Shown in pieces: positions 31,998 through 44,702 of a stretch of DNA of 64,000 nt. The DNA is taken from positions 4,320,001-4,384,000 of the forward strand of contig CAVWVQ010000003.1 in the NCBI GenBank assembly GCA_963758525.1, written 5' to 3'. The stretch's first letter is position 1, and each line of letters opens with the position of its first letter. The DNA is from an uncultured Phycisphaerales bacterium (lineage in GTDB: Bacteria; Planctomycetota; Phycisphaerae; Tepidisphaerales; Tepidisphaeraceae). The translations under genes were made by a program, and so were the position numbers. Below the pieces are notes generated by a model. The model saw nothing but the letters and a program-made list of their open reading frames with translations, was not told the DNA's origin and did no database searches.

Positions 31998-33178
31998 TCA
32001 TGATCGTGCCGTTCTTGAATCCCCGGCTAATTCCCGGGTCAGCTGTGCGATGATTCGTTCTTCGTCGGTGGGAATGACGCGTACGCTCACAGCGGATCGT
32101 GGAAGGGAAATGACCCCGGCGTTACTCGCGTTGGCGGCGGTATCGACCCGGATCCCGAGAAATTCCAGGCCAGCACAGATCGATGCGCGGACGGCGGGGC
32201 AGTGCTCGCCAATGCCGGCGGAGAAGACCAGCGTGTCGATGCCGCCGAGCGTTGCAGCGAGTGCGGCGATGAACTTCCTCGCCTGGAGACAGAACAGCTC
32301 AATGGCATCGTCGGCGCGCGGGTCGGTGGACTGCAGGGCGAGCAGGTCGCGCATGTCGCCGCTGGTCTGTGAGATGCCCAGGAGCCCATAGCGGGCGGAA
32401 ATCAGCTTCTCCATCTGCTCTGCTGAAAGATTTTGCGTGCGCATCAGGTAAAGCAGCAGACCGGGATCGATGTCGCCGGATCGCGTCGCCATCACCAGCC
32501 CGGCGTTGGGAGTGAAGGCCATCGTCGTGTCGATCGGTGTTCCGTCGCGCACGGCGGCCATGCTCGCGCCGGCGCCGAGATGAGCGAGAACCACTCGTCC
32601 GCGCACGGCATCGGCTCCGGCGAGTTCTTCGAGCCGGCGCATCAGATACGTGTACGAAAGGCCGTGAAATCCAAACCTGCGCAATCCCTGATCAGAAAGC
32701 TCGCGCGGATCGGGAGCAATTGCGCCACCCGCGGCAGATTCCGAAAAAACGCCGTGTCGAAACAGGCGACTTGCGGACGCGACGGAAACTCACGTTCGAA
32801 TGCTTCGATCAATTCAATTTCGCCCGGCAGATGGGCCCGGTCCATTGGGACCGCCTGCCGCAATTGTTCGAGGACATCGGGGGTGATCAGTTGGTGCTCG
32901 AGCAGCCGCAGCCCCCCGTGCACCACACGATGTCCGATCGCGGTGACCGCGTCGGCGCCGAGCCGCTTCTCGATGTGCGTGACGATTGCGCGGGCCGCGT
33001 CCCCACTACGGAGGGCTTCGATCTTGCGTTCCTGGCCATCTGCAATAAGGCGGGCATCCGGTGTACCGACGCGCTCAATGCGGCCAGCAAACGCGCGGCT
33101 CAGGTCAGCAGCCAGGTAACCGGCAAATTTGACGCTGCTCGATCCGCCGTTGATGGTGAGAATCATCGATCCGGGCAT
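31998..33178 (-). CDS. ackA: Acetate/propionate kinase; frameshift at ~32705
   Basis: INGGSSSVKF, GHRVVHGG, FDTAF, RRFGFHGLSY, HLGAGAS, TRSGDIDP, FSAGIGE, TDEE. Confidence 0.92.
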
Positions 33179-33423
33179 ATCGCTCACAGGTGCCACTTCC
33201 AGTTGCCGATCTCCGGTGATCCCTCCTTCTTGTAGCCGGGCACGTGCAGATTGCAATGATTCCGATGATTCTCGCTCAGACCGTTCTGAAACTCCCAGGG
33301 GAGGGGGAATGAGCTGCGAGCTCCCGGAACATCGGGCGCGCCCATGCGAAGCAGCAAGCCCGCAATCGAGACAATTCTGCTCGCCGCCTCTATCATTGAT
33401 CGCGACCCAGGAATCCAATCTTC

Positions 33424-36174
33424 GTGGCTAAATCCTTCTACATCATCGACGGCCACGCCCAGATTTACCGGGCCTACTTCGCGCCGTTCCGTGATCTGAC
33501 GAGCCACAGCGGAGAACCGACCAAGGCGACGTTTGTCTTCACGCAGATGCTGCTGAACCTCATCGAGCTGCGCAAGCCCGACTACCTCGCGATGGTGATT
33601 GACAGCGGGGACGAAACGGTCTTTCGCAAGGACATTTTTCCGGAGTACAAGGCCAACCGCCAGCCGCGACCGGACGATTTTTTTCCGCAGGAAGAGCGCA
33701 TCCTCCGACTGGTGCGAGACGCGGGGATTCCGATCTTCGCCAAGCCGGGATTCGAGGCGGATGATCTGATCGCGACAATGGCCCGGCGACTGGAAAACGG
33801 CGGATTCCATACCTTTCTTGTCTCCAAGGACAAGGATCTGCGGCAGATCCTCGACGAGTCCATCAGCATGTATGACGTGCAGTCCGATGAGGTGATGGAC
33901 CTGGAAGCAATGCAGAAGAAGTGCGGCTACACGCCACTGGAGGCGATCGAAATCCAGACGCTGATGGGAGACACCACGGACAATGTCCCCGGGATTCCGG
34001 GCGTTGGGGAGAAGACGGCAACCAAGCTCGTGAAGCAGTTTGGATCAGCCGACGCGGTGTTGCAGCATCTCGACGAGCTTACCCCGAAAATGCGGGAGAA
34101 TTTTGAGAAATTCGCCGATCGGCTGACGATTTCGCGGCAACTGGTCACCCTCAAGGATGACGTGGAGTTTGATTTCGACCCGGCCGTCTGCCGATTCATC
34201 GGCTTGAATCAGCCGGCGCTGCGCACGCATCTGATTGAGCTTGGTTTCGAGCACTTGCTCAAAAAGCTGCAGCCCGAGCCGCCGAAGCCCAAGCCGCGCC
34301 GGCCCGAGCCCCCGGGATTGTTCGATACGGTCATTGAGCCGGAGCTAGGCGTCGGCAGCGGCGCCCAATGCAAGTACGAGCTGGTGGATACCGAGGAGAA
34401 GCTTGGGGAATTTCTCGCCGGCCTCCGCAAGCAGAAGCGTTTTGCGTTTGACACGGAAACCGATGCGCTGGGGGCAATGAATTCGAATCTGGTGGGAATG
34501 AGCTTCAGTTGGGAAAAGGCGAGCGGTTATTACATTCCCGTTTGCGGGCCGTCCGGGTCGACGCATCTGCCATGCGATCACGTACTGGCAGCGGTGAAGC
34601 CGATTCTTGAAGACGAGAAAATCAAAAAAGTCGGGCACAACATCAAGTACGACCTGCTGGTGATGCGCAAGGCGGGGGTAGAGCTGCGCGGGGTCTGGCT
34701 GGATTCGATGGTGGCGGCGTTTTTGATCGACCCGAGCCGGATGACCTATGGAATCGATCGGCTCGCGCTGGATTATCTCAACTTCCGCAAAGTTCCCACC
34801 GCGGAACTCATCGGCTCGGGCAGGAATCAGTTGTCGATGGATCGGGTCGAACTGCAGAGAATCGCCTGCTACGCGTCGGAGGATGCCGACATCGCGTTGC
34901 GATTGGCCGATCTGATGGAAGAACGGCTCGATGAGCTTCCGGCGGTGCGCAAGCTGTGCGACGACCTGGAAACGCCCCTCATTGACGCTCTGGCAGAGCT
35001 GGAGTTCAACGGCATTTCGATCGACCCGGCGATTCTCAAGGAGCAGAGCGCGGTTTTGGCGACGCGCGTCGAAGAGCTCCGCGAAAGAATCTGGCAGGAG
35101 GCGGGAATGGAGTTCAACCCCGACTCGCCGAAACAGCTTGCGGACGTGCTGTACACGAAGCTGCAGCTCAAGATTCCCAAGCGGACCAAGACGGGCCCCA
35201 GCACCGACGTGGAAGCGCTGGAGAAGCTCGCGCATGCGCATCCGGTCCCGAAGCTGATTCTTGAATATCGAAGCCTGGTGAAGTTGAAGAACACGTATCT
35301 CGACAATCTCGGCGATTACGTCAACCCGAAAACGCATCGCATCCATGCAAGCTTCAACCAGACCGGCGCGGCAACGGGGCGGTTGAGCTGCAGCGATCCA
35401 AATCTGCAGAACATCCCGATTCGCACCGACGAAGGCCGGCGCATTCGCCTGGCGTTTGTGCCGGGGGACCCGGCCAACGTGCTGCTGACTGCCGACTACA
35501 GTCAGGTGGAGCTTCGGCTGCTGGCGCATTTCACAGGTGAGACGGCGTTGGTCAAAGCCTTTGAGGCCGATGAGGACATTCACCGTGCCGTGGCAGCGGA
35601 GGTATTCAACACGCCGCTTGAGCAGGTGACGCGCGAGCAGCGGTCGCACGCCAAGACGATCAACTTCGGCATTATCTATGGCGTCAGCGCTTACGGCCTC
35701 GCCTGGCGCATCGAAGGTTTGACGGTTCAATCGGCCGGCGAGCTGATCAATTCCTATAACAAGCGTTTCCCCGGCATCGCCCGCTTTCTCGACGAATGCG
35801 TGATGCAGGCGCAGGCGCAGGGATACGTGACGACGATCCTCGGCCGGCGGCGTCCGATTCCGGACATCGATAGCCGGGTGCTCAGCCAGCGGCGCCTCAG
35901 CGAACGAATGGCCATCAACAGCGTGGTGCAGGGGTCTGCCGCGGATTTGATCAAGCTCGCGATGCTGAACATTCATCGCCGGATCAAGCGGGAGAAGCTC
36001 AGGAGCCGGATGTTGCTGCAGGTGCATGACGAGCTGGTGTTTGAAACCCCAGCCGACGTCGCCGAGGCCGACGCGGCCATCGTGCGTGAAGAGATGATCG
36101 GCGCCATGAAACTCAATGTTCCGCTGAAAGTCGACATCGGCTGGGGAAAGAACTGGCAGGAAGTGAAAGGGTAG
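33424..36174 (+). CDS. polA: DNA polymerase I
   Basis: 5'-3' exonuclease (EADDLI), 3'-5' exonuclease (FDTET), polymerase motifs DYSQVELR, KTINFGIIYG, QVHDEL. Confidence 0.98.
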   Translation: MAKSFYIIDGHAQIYRAYFAPFRDLTSHSGEPTKATFVFTQMLLNLIELRKPDYLAMVIDSGDETVFRKDIFPEYKANRQPRPDDFFPQEERILRLVRDAGIPIFAKPGFEADDLIATMARRLENGGFHTFLVSKDKDLRQILDESISMYDVQSDEVMDLEAMQKKCGYTPLEAIEIQTLMGDTTDNVPGIPGVGEKTATKLVKQFGSADAVLQHLDELTPKMRENFEKFADRLTISRQLVTLKDDVEFDFDPAVCRFIGLNQPALRTHLIELGFEHLLKKLQPEPPKPKPRRPEPPGLFDTVIEPELGVGSGAQCKYELVDTEEKLGEFLAGLRKQKRFAFDTETDALGAMNSNLVGMSFSWEKASGYYIPVCGPSGSTHLPCDHVLAAVKPILEDEKIKKVGHNIKYDLLVMRKAGVELRGVWLDSMVAAFLIDPSRMTYGIDRLALDYLNFRKVPTAELIGSGRNQLSMDRVELQRIACYASEDADIALRLADLMEERLDELPAVRKLCDDLETPLIDALAELEFNGISIDPAILKEQSAVLATRVEELRERIWQEAGMEFNPDSPKQLADVLYTKLQLKIPKRTKTGPSTDVEALEKLAHAHPVPKLILEYRSLVKLKNTYLDNLGDYVNPKTHRIHASFNQTGAATGRLSCSDPNLQNIPIRTDEGRRIRLAFVPGDPANVLLTADYSQVELRLLAHFTGETALVKAFEADEDIHRAVAAEVFNTPLEQVTREQRSHAKTINFGIIYGVSAYGLAWRIEGLTVQSAGELINSYNKRFPGIARFLDECVMQAQAQGYVTTILGRRRPIPDIDSRVLSQRRLSERMAINSVVQGSAADLIKLAMLNIHRRIKREKLRSRMLLQVHDELVFETPADVAEADAAIVREEMIGAMKLNVPLKVDIGWGKNWQEVKG

Positions 36175-36245
36175 GAGGAAGGCACGAAGGCACAGAGGCA
36201 TCCCGGCGCGCCGGGACCTTGTTGCGGCACGAAGGGTGAGGAGGT
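36175..36245. repeat. GGCACGAA-octamer palindromic element (core type B)
   Basis: GAAGGCACGAAGGCACAGAGGCATCCCGGCGCGCCGGGACCTTGTTGCGGCACGAAGG; a near reverse complement lies inside dnaE2 at ~55750-55803. Confidence 0.8.
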
Positions 36246-36325
36246 GGGATGCTGTCCTCCCCGTTTAGCGGCTGCCCTTCGGGCAGCGCCTTGCGCCCCG
36301 GGGTGCAATTGAGACCAGGAGTGCG

Positions 36326-36874
36326 TTGTTGAGCGAAATAGACTTCGAAAATCCTGAATCACCCTTACCACGCCCCTCTCCGGGGTTGCCGGGAGGGATT
36401 GCCGGCGCCGGCGTGCCACGGAGTGTCCAAGAGCTTGCAGAACCGATCGAGCTCTCGGAGAGCGCGAACGCTTCGGTTACAGTCGACGACTTGCCGCGCA
36501 TGGTTGAACCGCCCCCGGTGAAACTGGTCACAGTGCAGGATGCGAAGTTGCTGGCTGGCGCCGGATCGGAACCGCAGCTCGACGCGTTTTACGTCGATAT
36601 GCTCAAGTTCGATCGCGATCCGCAGCTTCCGCTGGCATACCGGGCGGCGAATTTCGCGATCGTCTTTCAGGTTGACGAGCCCCCGATCCAGCATGAGAGC
36701 ATGCGCGCGATCGGCATCGAAGTGCAATCGCTGTCAATCGCCCGCCAGCAGTTGATCGATCGGGAAATCGATCACACCCTGCAGCGCGGATTGTTGCCGG
36801 GACATCTGTCGATTCTGCTGCAGGACCCCGCGGGCAACTGGATCGAGTTGATCGAAGCCCGCATCGTCGCGTGA
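36326..36874 (+). CDS. Hypothetical protein with VOC/glyoxalase-like C-terminus
   Basis: AFYVDMLKF..LQDPAGNWIEL; start uncertain. Confidence 0.65.
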   Translation: MLSEIDFENPESPLPRPSPGLPGGIAGAGVPRSVQELAEPIELSESANASVTVDDLPRMVEPPPVKLVTVQDAKLLAGAGSEPQLDAFYVDMLKFDRDPQLPLAYRAANFAIVFQVDEPPIQHESMRAIGIEVQSLSIARQQLIDREIDHTLQRGLLPGHLSILLQDPAGNWIELIEARIVA

Positions 36875-36880
36875 ATAATC

Positions 36881-37495
36881 ATGTATGCGGGGAAACCCAT
36901 CATCGGACTGGCCGGGGGCGTCGGCAGCGGGAAGAGCTTCGCGGCGCGCCTGCTGAAGGAGATGGGCTGCGCCGTCATCGATTCTGATGCACAGGTTCGC
37001 GCGGCATACGAAACGGACGTCGTCCGCCAGCAACTGCGCACCTGGTGGGGCGATACGGTGTTCACCCAGGCGGGACAAGTGGACCGGCGGGCGATCGCCC
37101 AGCGCGTCTTTGCCAAGCCGGAGGAGCGGAAACGCCTGGAACAGTTGATTCATCCCCTGGTTGCGGCCGCGCGGGACGCCCAAATGCGGCAATTTGCAGA
37201 ACTTCCGCAGGCACTTGCTTTCGTATGGGATACCCCGCTATTGTTTGAGACAGGGCTGAACCGCGATTGCGACGCCGTGATCTTCGTCGACGCTGACTTG
37301 GAACAACGTCTGCGGCGCGTCGCAGAATCACGCGGCTGGTTCGAAGAAGAACTGCTCCGGCGAGAAAAATTTCAGTGGCCTCTGGACAAGAAGCGACTTT
37401 TTTCCGATTATGTGGTGAAGAACGCTGCGGACCCCGAGGAGTTTCGCGCTAAGATTCGTGAAACGCTCTCTTTGATTCTCGCGAACCACCAATAA
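36881..37495 (+). CDS. coaE: Dephospho-CoA kinase
   Basis: GLAGGVGSGKS, VDRRAIAQRVF, LIHPLV, DTPLLFE. Confidence 0.95.
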   Translation: MYAGKPIIGLAGGVGSGKSFAARLLKEMGCAVIDSDAQVRAAYETDVVRQQLRTWWGDTVFTQAGQVDRRAIAQRVFAKPEERKRLEQLIHPLVAAARDAQMRQFAELPQALAFVWDTPLLFETGLNRDCDAVIFVDADLEQRLRRVAESRGWFEEELLRREKFQWPLDKKRLFSDYVVKNAADPEEFRAKIRETLSLILANHQ

Positions 37496-37769
37496 TAACT
37501 TGAACATCCGGCACCGGCCGAATGTAGTATTTTCAATCCCATGAATGAATGTTTTTTCCGCCTGGATGGGTGGAAATGAAAGCAGGTTGCCCTGGACGGG
37601 TGATCTGGAGATTTGGACGGAGTCCACCTTCCCATTCTCACCGATTCTGAAACGGCAAATTCGCAGGTCAGACGGCCGGCACGACGTACAACGTTCGCGG
37701 CGGTCGATGAAAGTCCGCATATCGGCTCACCGATAGCATCAATCCTTCTCTCACCGGAGGCCTAGCCAA

Positions 37770-39248
<1,479 letters not shown>

Positions 39249-39265
39249 TAGCTCGACGTCTCCAC

Positions 39266-39321
39266 GTAGCACAGCCGTCCCGGCTGTGGCCCGCAATCAC
39301 AGCCGAGACGGCCGTGCTACG
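39266..39321. repeat. GTAG-type REP doublet between convergent genes
   Basis: CGTAGCACAGCCGTCCCGGCTGTG ... CACAGCCGAGACGGCCGTGCTACG. Confidence 0.8.
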
Positions 39322-39335
39322 GGGGAATGTCTTGA

Positions 39336-39737
39336 TTATTGCATCGGCCCGGCGAGTTCCGTTGGCGACGGGAGTTGATTGACCGAATCCTGCTCGCGGA
39401 GAAAGCGGATCGCCGATTCGCGCGGGGCCATGTACGCGCTGTCCTTCTCTCGATCCCAAACCAGCACGTGCGTCGCGGCGCCGCCGCGCGTTCCAAAATT
39501 CACGTTGTAGAGAAATCCAAGGGGACGGACGAAGCGGGAAAACGTGAAATTTTCTCCGCGGCCGAGACCGGGCTGGCGTCCGTCGTCCCAGACGGCGCCG
39601 CCAACCGCATTGTCCCAGTAGAAGCCGACGAACCGCGCCTCGCCCATGTAGCCGAGAATCCCGAGCCGGCTCGTGCCGGGAAGTACGATGGTCACCGGAA
39701 CAAAATCAGCCGGGAACGAGGTTCGGGCGGGGCTCAT
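39336..39737 (-). CDS. Hypothetical protein
   Basis: 133-aa ORF with protein-like composition, between rho and a REP. Confidence 0.7.
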   Translation of the reverse strand: MSPARTSFPADFVPVTIVLPGTSRLGILGYMGEARFVGFYWDNAVGGAVWDDGRQPGLGRGENFTFSRFVRPLGFLYNVNFGTRGGAATHVLVWDREKDSAYMAPRESAIRFLREQDSVNQLPSPTELAGPMQ

Positions 39738-39832
39738 GCGGCAAACTGTAGAAGTCCACTGTTAAGATTTTATGAATCATGGTCTTCATCAACATCGTGG
39801 GGTGTGGCGCTCGAAAGTGGCGATCGGCTCCG

Positions 39833-39902
39833 AGTAGGGCGGGATTCATCCCGCCGATTTGTTGGCCGGCTGAGAAAACGGCGGGATGAATCCCGCCCTA
39901 CG
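39833..39902. repeat. GTAG-type REP doublet (REPIN-like)
   Basis: GTAGGGCGGGATTCATCCCGCCG ... CGGCGGGATGAATCCCGCCCTAC; a related copy lies inside the GH57 CDS. Confidence 0.85.
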
Positions 39903-40045
39903 ATCGCAAAATCTGCAATCGCCACAAATAAAAGTTACACCCACATCGTGGGGCGTGCTCACGTTGAAGAGATCGATTCTGCGTGCGGCTTTCAAATCCC
40001 TGCGAGACGAGTTCGCAAACCGGAGTGAGCCACAGCCGCGGTTCA

Positions 40046-41501
40046 TCAATCCTGATCGGTTTTCACTGGTGCTCCCTGCGGGGCAATAGAGGCAGGCGCA
40101 AACGTAATGGTCGAGGTCTGCATTGCGGGGACTACCGCATCACCAGCGCCGGCCAGCATCAGCCGGCCCGCGAACGCCTCTGCCTGGTCAACTTCACCAT
40201 GCACGACATATGTCCGCGTCTGAGGCGTCAGCAACGGAGTCAGAAAGCGCAGCAGCTCGTCGCCGTCGGCGTGGGCGCTGAGCCCATGGATGGTGCGGAC
40301 CTGGCAGCGCACATCGTACCACCGGTCGTAGATGCGCACGCGTTTTTCTCCCTGCTGAATTCTTCGGCCGAGCGTTTCCGGAGGAATCCAGCCCACGAAT
40401 ACGACCAGATCGTTGGGCTGCTCGACGCTCTGTTCGAGGTGATGGAGGATTCGACCGAACTCACATGTCGGGCTGGACGCGATGATCACGCATGGCCCGC
40501 GCTGCGCGTTAATCTGTTTGCTCTGATCGACCGACGAGGCAAATGTCACCTTGGAAAGCCCGAAGAGATCTCCCTTGCCGATGAGCGCTCGCGTCTCGTC
40601 GTCAAAATCCTCTGGAAACATGGTGTGAATCCGGCTGACCTCGACGCCCATCGGGCTGTCGACGAAAATCGGGATCGCCGGGATTTTTCCTTCGTGGATG
40701 AACTTTTGCATGTACCACAAAACCGTCTGGGTGCGTCCCACGGCAAATGATGGAATAAGCAGCCGGCTGCGATGGTCGACGCAGAACTTGACGGCGTCGA
40801 GAAACTGCGGACCGACGTCGCCGATCTGGCCGTGCGAAACGTTGCCATAGGTGCTTTCCGTAATGACAAGATCGACAGGACCCGGCGGCGTTACCGGATC
40901 CCGCAAAATCGGCGTGTCGTAGCGACCGATGTCGCCGGTAAACAGGAGCCTTCGCGCGGCGGACTGTCCCTTGTTCGTCTGCGCCCATTCCACCAGCACG
41001 CTTGCCGAGCCGAGGATGTGGCCGGCATCGAAGAATGTGAAAGTGACGCCGCGACCGAGGTCCGTTTTCTGATTGTAGTTCACGCGGCTGAACAGTTTGG
41101 TGACGGCCGGGATGTCGGATGAGCCAAAGAGCGGCGGCGTCGCGCGTTCATCCGGCCGGCGCGCGCGGCGGTTCAGGAACGCGACGTCCTCCTCTTGAAT
41201 CCTGGCTGCGTCCGTGAGGACGATGCGCGCCACTTCCGCGGTCGCGGGGGTGCAATAGATCGGGCCCTTGAATCCCGCGCAGCGCCACGGGAAGTTTGCC
41301 GCAATGATCGAGATGGCCATGGGACAGAATAATCGCGTCGGCCGATCGCACGTCAGCCGGAAGCGTCTGATTGATCTGCCGGGCCTCGTCGCGCCGGCCC
41401 TGGTACATCCCCATGTCGAGGAACAGACGCAGCCCGTTGACCTCAATTAAATGGCTCGATCCCGTGACCGTGCGATCCGCTCCGCAGAATTGAATGCGCA
41501 T
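40046..41501 (-). CDS. MBL fold metallo-hydrolase with beta-CASP domain (RNA-processing type); frameshift at ~41278
   Basis: GADRTVTGS, LSHGHLDHCG, AGHILGS, FTGDIG, ESTYG, FAVGRTQ, SAHAD. Confidence 0.92.
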
Positions 41502-41554
41502 CGACGCAGGCTACAGGGGCAGGAGCGAAGGGGGAAGGGAAGATAGAGCGGAAG

Positions 41555-41640
41555 ATAGAGCGAAGGCATGAAGGGGAAGGCACGAAGGCACGGAGGCAGT
41601 CGCCGCGGCGACTAAACTGCGGCACGAAGGGGAGGAAGGC
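41555..41640. repeat. GGCACGAA-octamer palindromic element (core type A)
   Basis: GGCACGAAGGCACGGAGGCAGTCGCCGCGGCGACTAAACTGCGGCACGAAGGGGAGGAAGG; the same core occurs twice in imuA and once in imuB. Confidence 0.85.
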
Positions 41641-41797
41641 GAATCGACTGATGCGCCTTGGCGCAGGTTAGCCGCGACGCGCAGCGGAGCGCGTATTCGA
41701 ACACCAAACGCCGCCATTTCACCGCTTGCCCCAATTCCACGTGTACGCGTCCGTTGCCAGTCGTTCCAATCGGGTTCTGAGCAAGCGGACACAATTT

Positions 41798-43761
41798 TCA
41801 CTGCGGCGGCGTAGCCGGGGGAGTTGTCCCAGGCGCGGGAGTCGCTCCGGGCGCTGGCGTCGCGGCCGGCGGAGTTGCATCAGGGGCGGGTGCCGTCGGT
41901 GCGGGGGTTGCGCCGGGTGCTGGAGTAGCGGGGGGCGTTGCGGGAGCAGCCGGGGCGGGAGTCGATCCGTCAGGCGCGCTAAATACGCCGGACCCCGGCG
42001 TGCCTGGAGCGGCGGGCGCCGCTGCCGGGGGAGCGGGAGCGGCTGCTGGCGCTGTTGCGGGCGCGGAGGCGGGAGGAGCAGACGCATCAACCGGAGCCAG
42101 CGCGATTTCCGGCGGCAGGGCGGGCAGGGGCGTGCCTGACGCCTGTGCCTGGTCGCGCGCATCGCGGCTCTGTTTCAACAGGTCCTGTGCGGTTTTTGCG
42201 TCCCCCATAGCTTGAGCGAATTTCGCGTGAGCGTAGAGCTCCACAACCTGCACTGCCGCGGCGGCGCCTTCGCGCTCTTGCCGAGGGGGCCGGCGGACGG
42301 GGCCTTCTGCACATCAATGAGAAGCTGGTCGGCATCGCCGAAGGCCGTTTCTGCTTTGGAGCGGGCTTGTGCTAGGTCGGCGTCCGCTACGCCAGGTTTC
42401 AGTGTATCGGGGGCGCTGAGGGAAGCAGGGGTGACGGCCGCGTCGACGAGCTTGGCGGAGAGGACGCGATTGGAAGTCGTGCTGGCCCAATCGGAATAGA
42501 GCCGGGCCAATCGAAGATCGACCAGGGCCATCTGAAGCTTCAGATCAGACGGGTTGAAGACATCCATCATCCCCTGCCATGCTTCGCGCTGCGGGTACTC
42601 CTTGAGGTTCTGATTGTTGACGTTTGTTGCGTAGCTGCGCGCGAGCGTCGCCCGGGAGGTGTCGGCTTTCTTCAGGGCGTCCAAAGCATCATTCAGATAT
42701 TTCTCCGCGAGGCCGCGCGAAGTGTAGTTGTCGGTCTTGAGCTTATCGATGGCGGCTGCGGCTGCGGCAATCGTGCTCGGCGTCGCGCTGCCAGCCGCCG
42801 CGGCTGCGGGCGCGGCTGGCGCGTCCGCGGGGGGCGGGCCGGCGCTGGCATCGGAAGCAGCAGCGGTCACTAAAGCCGCGTTTTGGTCCGAACGGTCGCC
42901 GATGAGCTTCTGCAGGTCGGCCCAACCCTGCTTCATCTGATCGGACTGCTTGCTCAGCGAATCCAAAGCAACGTCGATCTGCTTCGCGGTTGCCTCGGCG
43001 AGTGCCAGGTCCTGCTGTTTCGCGGAAATCTGCGCGTCGATTCCCTCCGACTGCAGCGCCAGACCCGCCGCCTGCTTGGTCAGGTCGGCGGACTGCGTGA
43101 ACAAGTCAACGCTGGTTTTCCCCTTGGCGGCGTCTGACTGATTCCGCAGCGTTTCCGCCTGCTGAAGCAGTTGGGCGCGTTGCGTCTCCAGGTTGTTTTT
43201 CTGCGTGTTGAGCTTGTCGATTTCATCCTTCAGCGCGGCGACGTTTGCCTTGGCGCCGGCAGCAGAGGGGATCACGCCGCCGTCGGCTGGCATCCAGGGA
43301 GCGCCGTCGGAGCCGCCTTGTGCGGCAGCCTGCAACTTTGCCAGTGCGTCTTGCGCCGCTTTCGGATCCAGCGCCTTGAGCCCTGCAATCTGGGTGTTGT
43401 TGGCTGCGATTCGGTTGGCCTGTTGATCGATCAGCGAGGTGAGGCTGATGATATCCGCCTGCCGCTGCTCGATCTTGTCGATCAGCGCATCGCCGGCGCG
43501 GGCGTTGGCAGCAGCCAGCGCCAACTGCGATCGAATTTTGCCCTCATTCGATGTATCAGCAAGCGCCGCCGCCTTTTGGAAATACGAGATGGCGACCGCG
43601 GGATCCTGCTGAGGTTTGTCCAGTTGTTCGTGGGCGACGACCAATTGCTGCCGAAGGGCATCATCCGCCTTCTCGGAAGGTTGCTTGCAGCCGCTGAGGA
43701 TGGCCGCGACACAGGAAGCTGCCCAGGCGACTTTCGCCGCTGATTTCAAAGGTGCTTGCAT
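41798..43761 (-). CDS. Coiled-coil lipoprotein with Pro/Ala/Thr-rich tail; frameshift at ~42265
   Basis: Lipobox LSGC, long heptad-like Ala/Gln-rich helices; C-terminus in ORF 41798..42253. Confidence 0.75.
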
Positions 43762-43904
43762 CAAAGATTCTCCTGATGCGATTTTCCCAGGTGATGGAGC
43801 ATGCATGAACAACCGCACCCCCGCCGGTGAAGCAAAATTGTGCCAGTCATCCGGTGAAATGTCAAAATGATCTTGCGGAACCGTCGGATTTTATCGGCCG
43901 TGCC

Positions 43905-44082
43905 AAGGGTGAGGGTTCAGGGTTCTGGGGTCAGGGTTCAGGGGTAGACTCGCCAGGGTCAGCACAGGGTTCAGATCAGTATGATAGTTTCTTGAGCCGT
44001 TCGCGCTCTCTGCGGCGCTGATATCCGCGCTCCACCGGAACCCTGAACTCCTTAACCCTGAACCCTGAACCCTGAACCCTGA
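43905..44082. repeat. Inverted pair of 7-mer arrays (GGGTTCA)n / (TGAACCC)n
   Basis: GAGGGTTCAGGGTTCTGGGGTCAGGGTTCAGGG ... CCCTGAACCCTGAACCCTGAACCCTGA. Confidence 0.85.
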
Positions 44083-44175
44083 CGCCTCACAAGGGTTTTT
44101 CCCCTTCCATCGAAGCTTGACGCGTCTATGATGCGGTGAAAGCTCGAATGCTTGCCAACTCCAGCGGGAGCCGTG

Positions 44176-44622
44176 ATGTCTCTGAAACTCGCGACCGAAC
44201 AACCCTTCGGAAAGCTTGCCCGTCAGGCGAACAAGTTGATGGACCAGCTGCAGAAAGGGTACTACAACTTCTATCCCGGCGAGGCATGGACGCCAAACGT
44301 CAATCTCTACGAGACGGAGAATTCGTATCTCGTCTGCGTCGACCTGTCGGGTGTGGACAAAAACAAAATTGACCTCGAAATCCACAACAACCGGCTGAAG
44401 ATCAAGGGGTCCAGGCCGGTGCCGATACAGGAGTCCGCCTCCGGTGCCGAGGCGGGGCGTGAAGCGGAAACTCCTCGAAAGATGCGTGTCCATCTGATGG
44501 AGATTGATCACGGCGCGTTCGCTCGCGAGGTGGAGCTGCCCGAAGGGTCCTCGCACCAGCAGATCACCGCGGTCTACCGCAACGGATTACTGTGGGTCGA
44601 GATTCCAAAAATGTCCGCGTAA
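44176..44622 (+). CDS. Hsp20/alpha-crystallin small heat shock protein
   Basis: WTPNVNLYET, VDLSGV, EIDHGAFAREVELP, AVYRNGLLWVEIPK. Confidence 0.92.
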   Translation: MSLKLATEQPFGKLARQANKLMDQLQKGYYNFYPGEAWTPNVNLYETENSYLVCVDLSGVDKNKIDLEIHNNRLKIKGSRPVPIQESASGAEAGREAETPRKMRVHLMEIDHGAFAREVELPEGSSHQQITAVYRNGLLWVEIPKMSA

Positions 44623-44702
44623 TATTTGGTGATGATGCCCGCCACGCGGGGGCGCCAGGGTCCCTGGACCACTGAACACGCCAACAACCCAGAAAACATT
44701 CC

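Noticed and set aside
41798..42130. Pro/Ala/Thr repeats as a mobile repeat insertion
   Set aside because: Codon-phased protein low-complexity tail, not a 7/8-mer inverted array.
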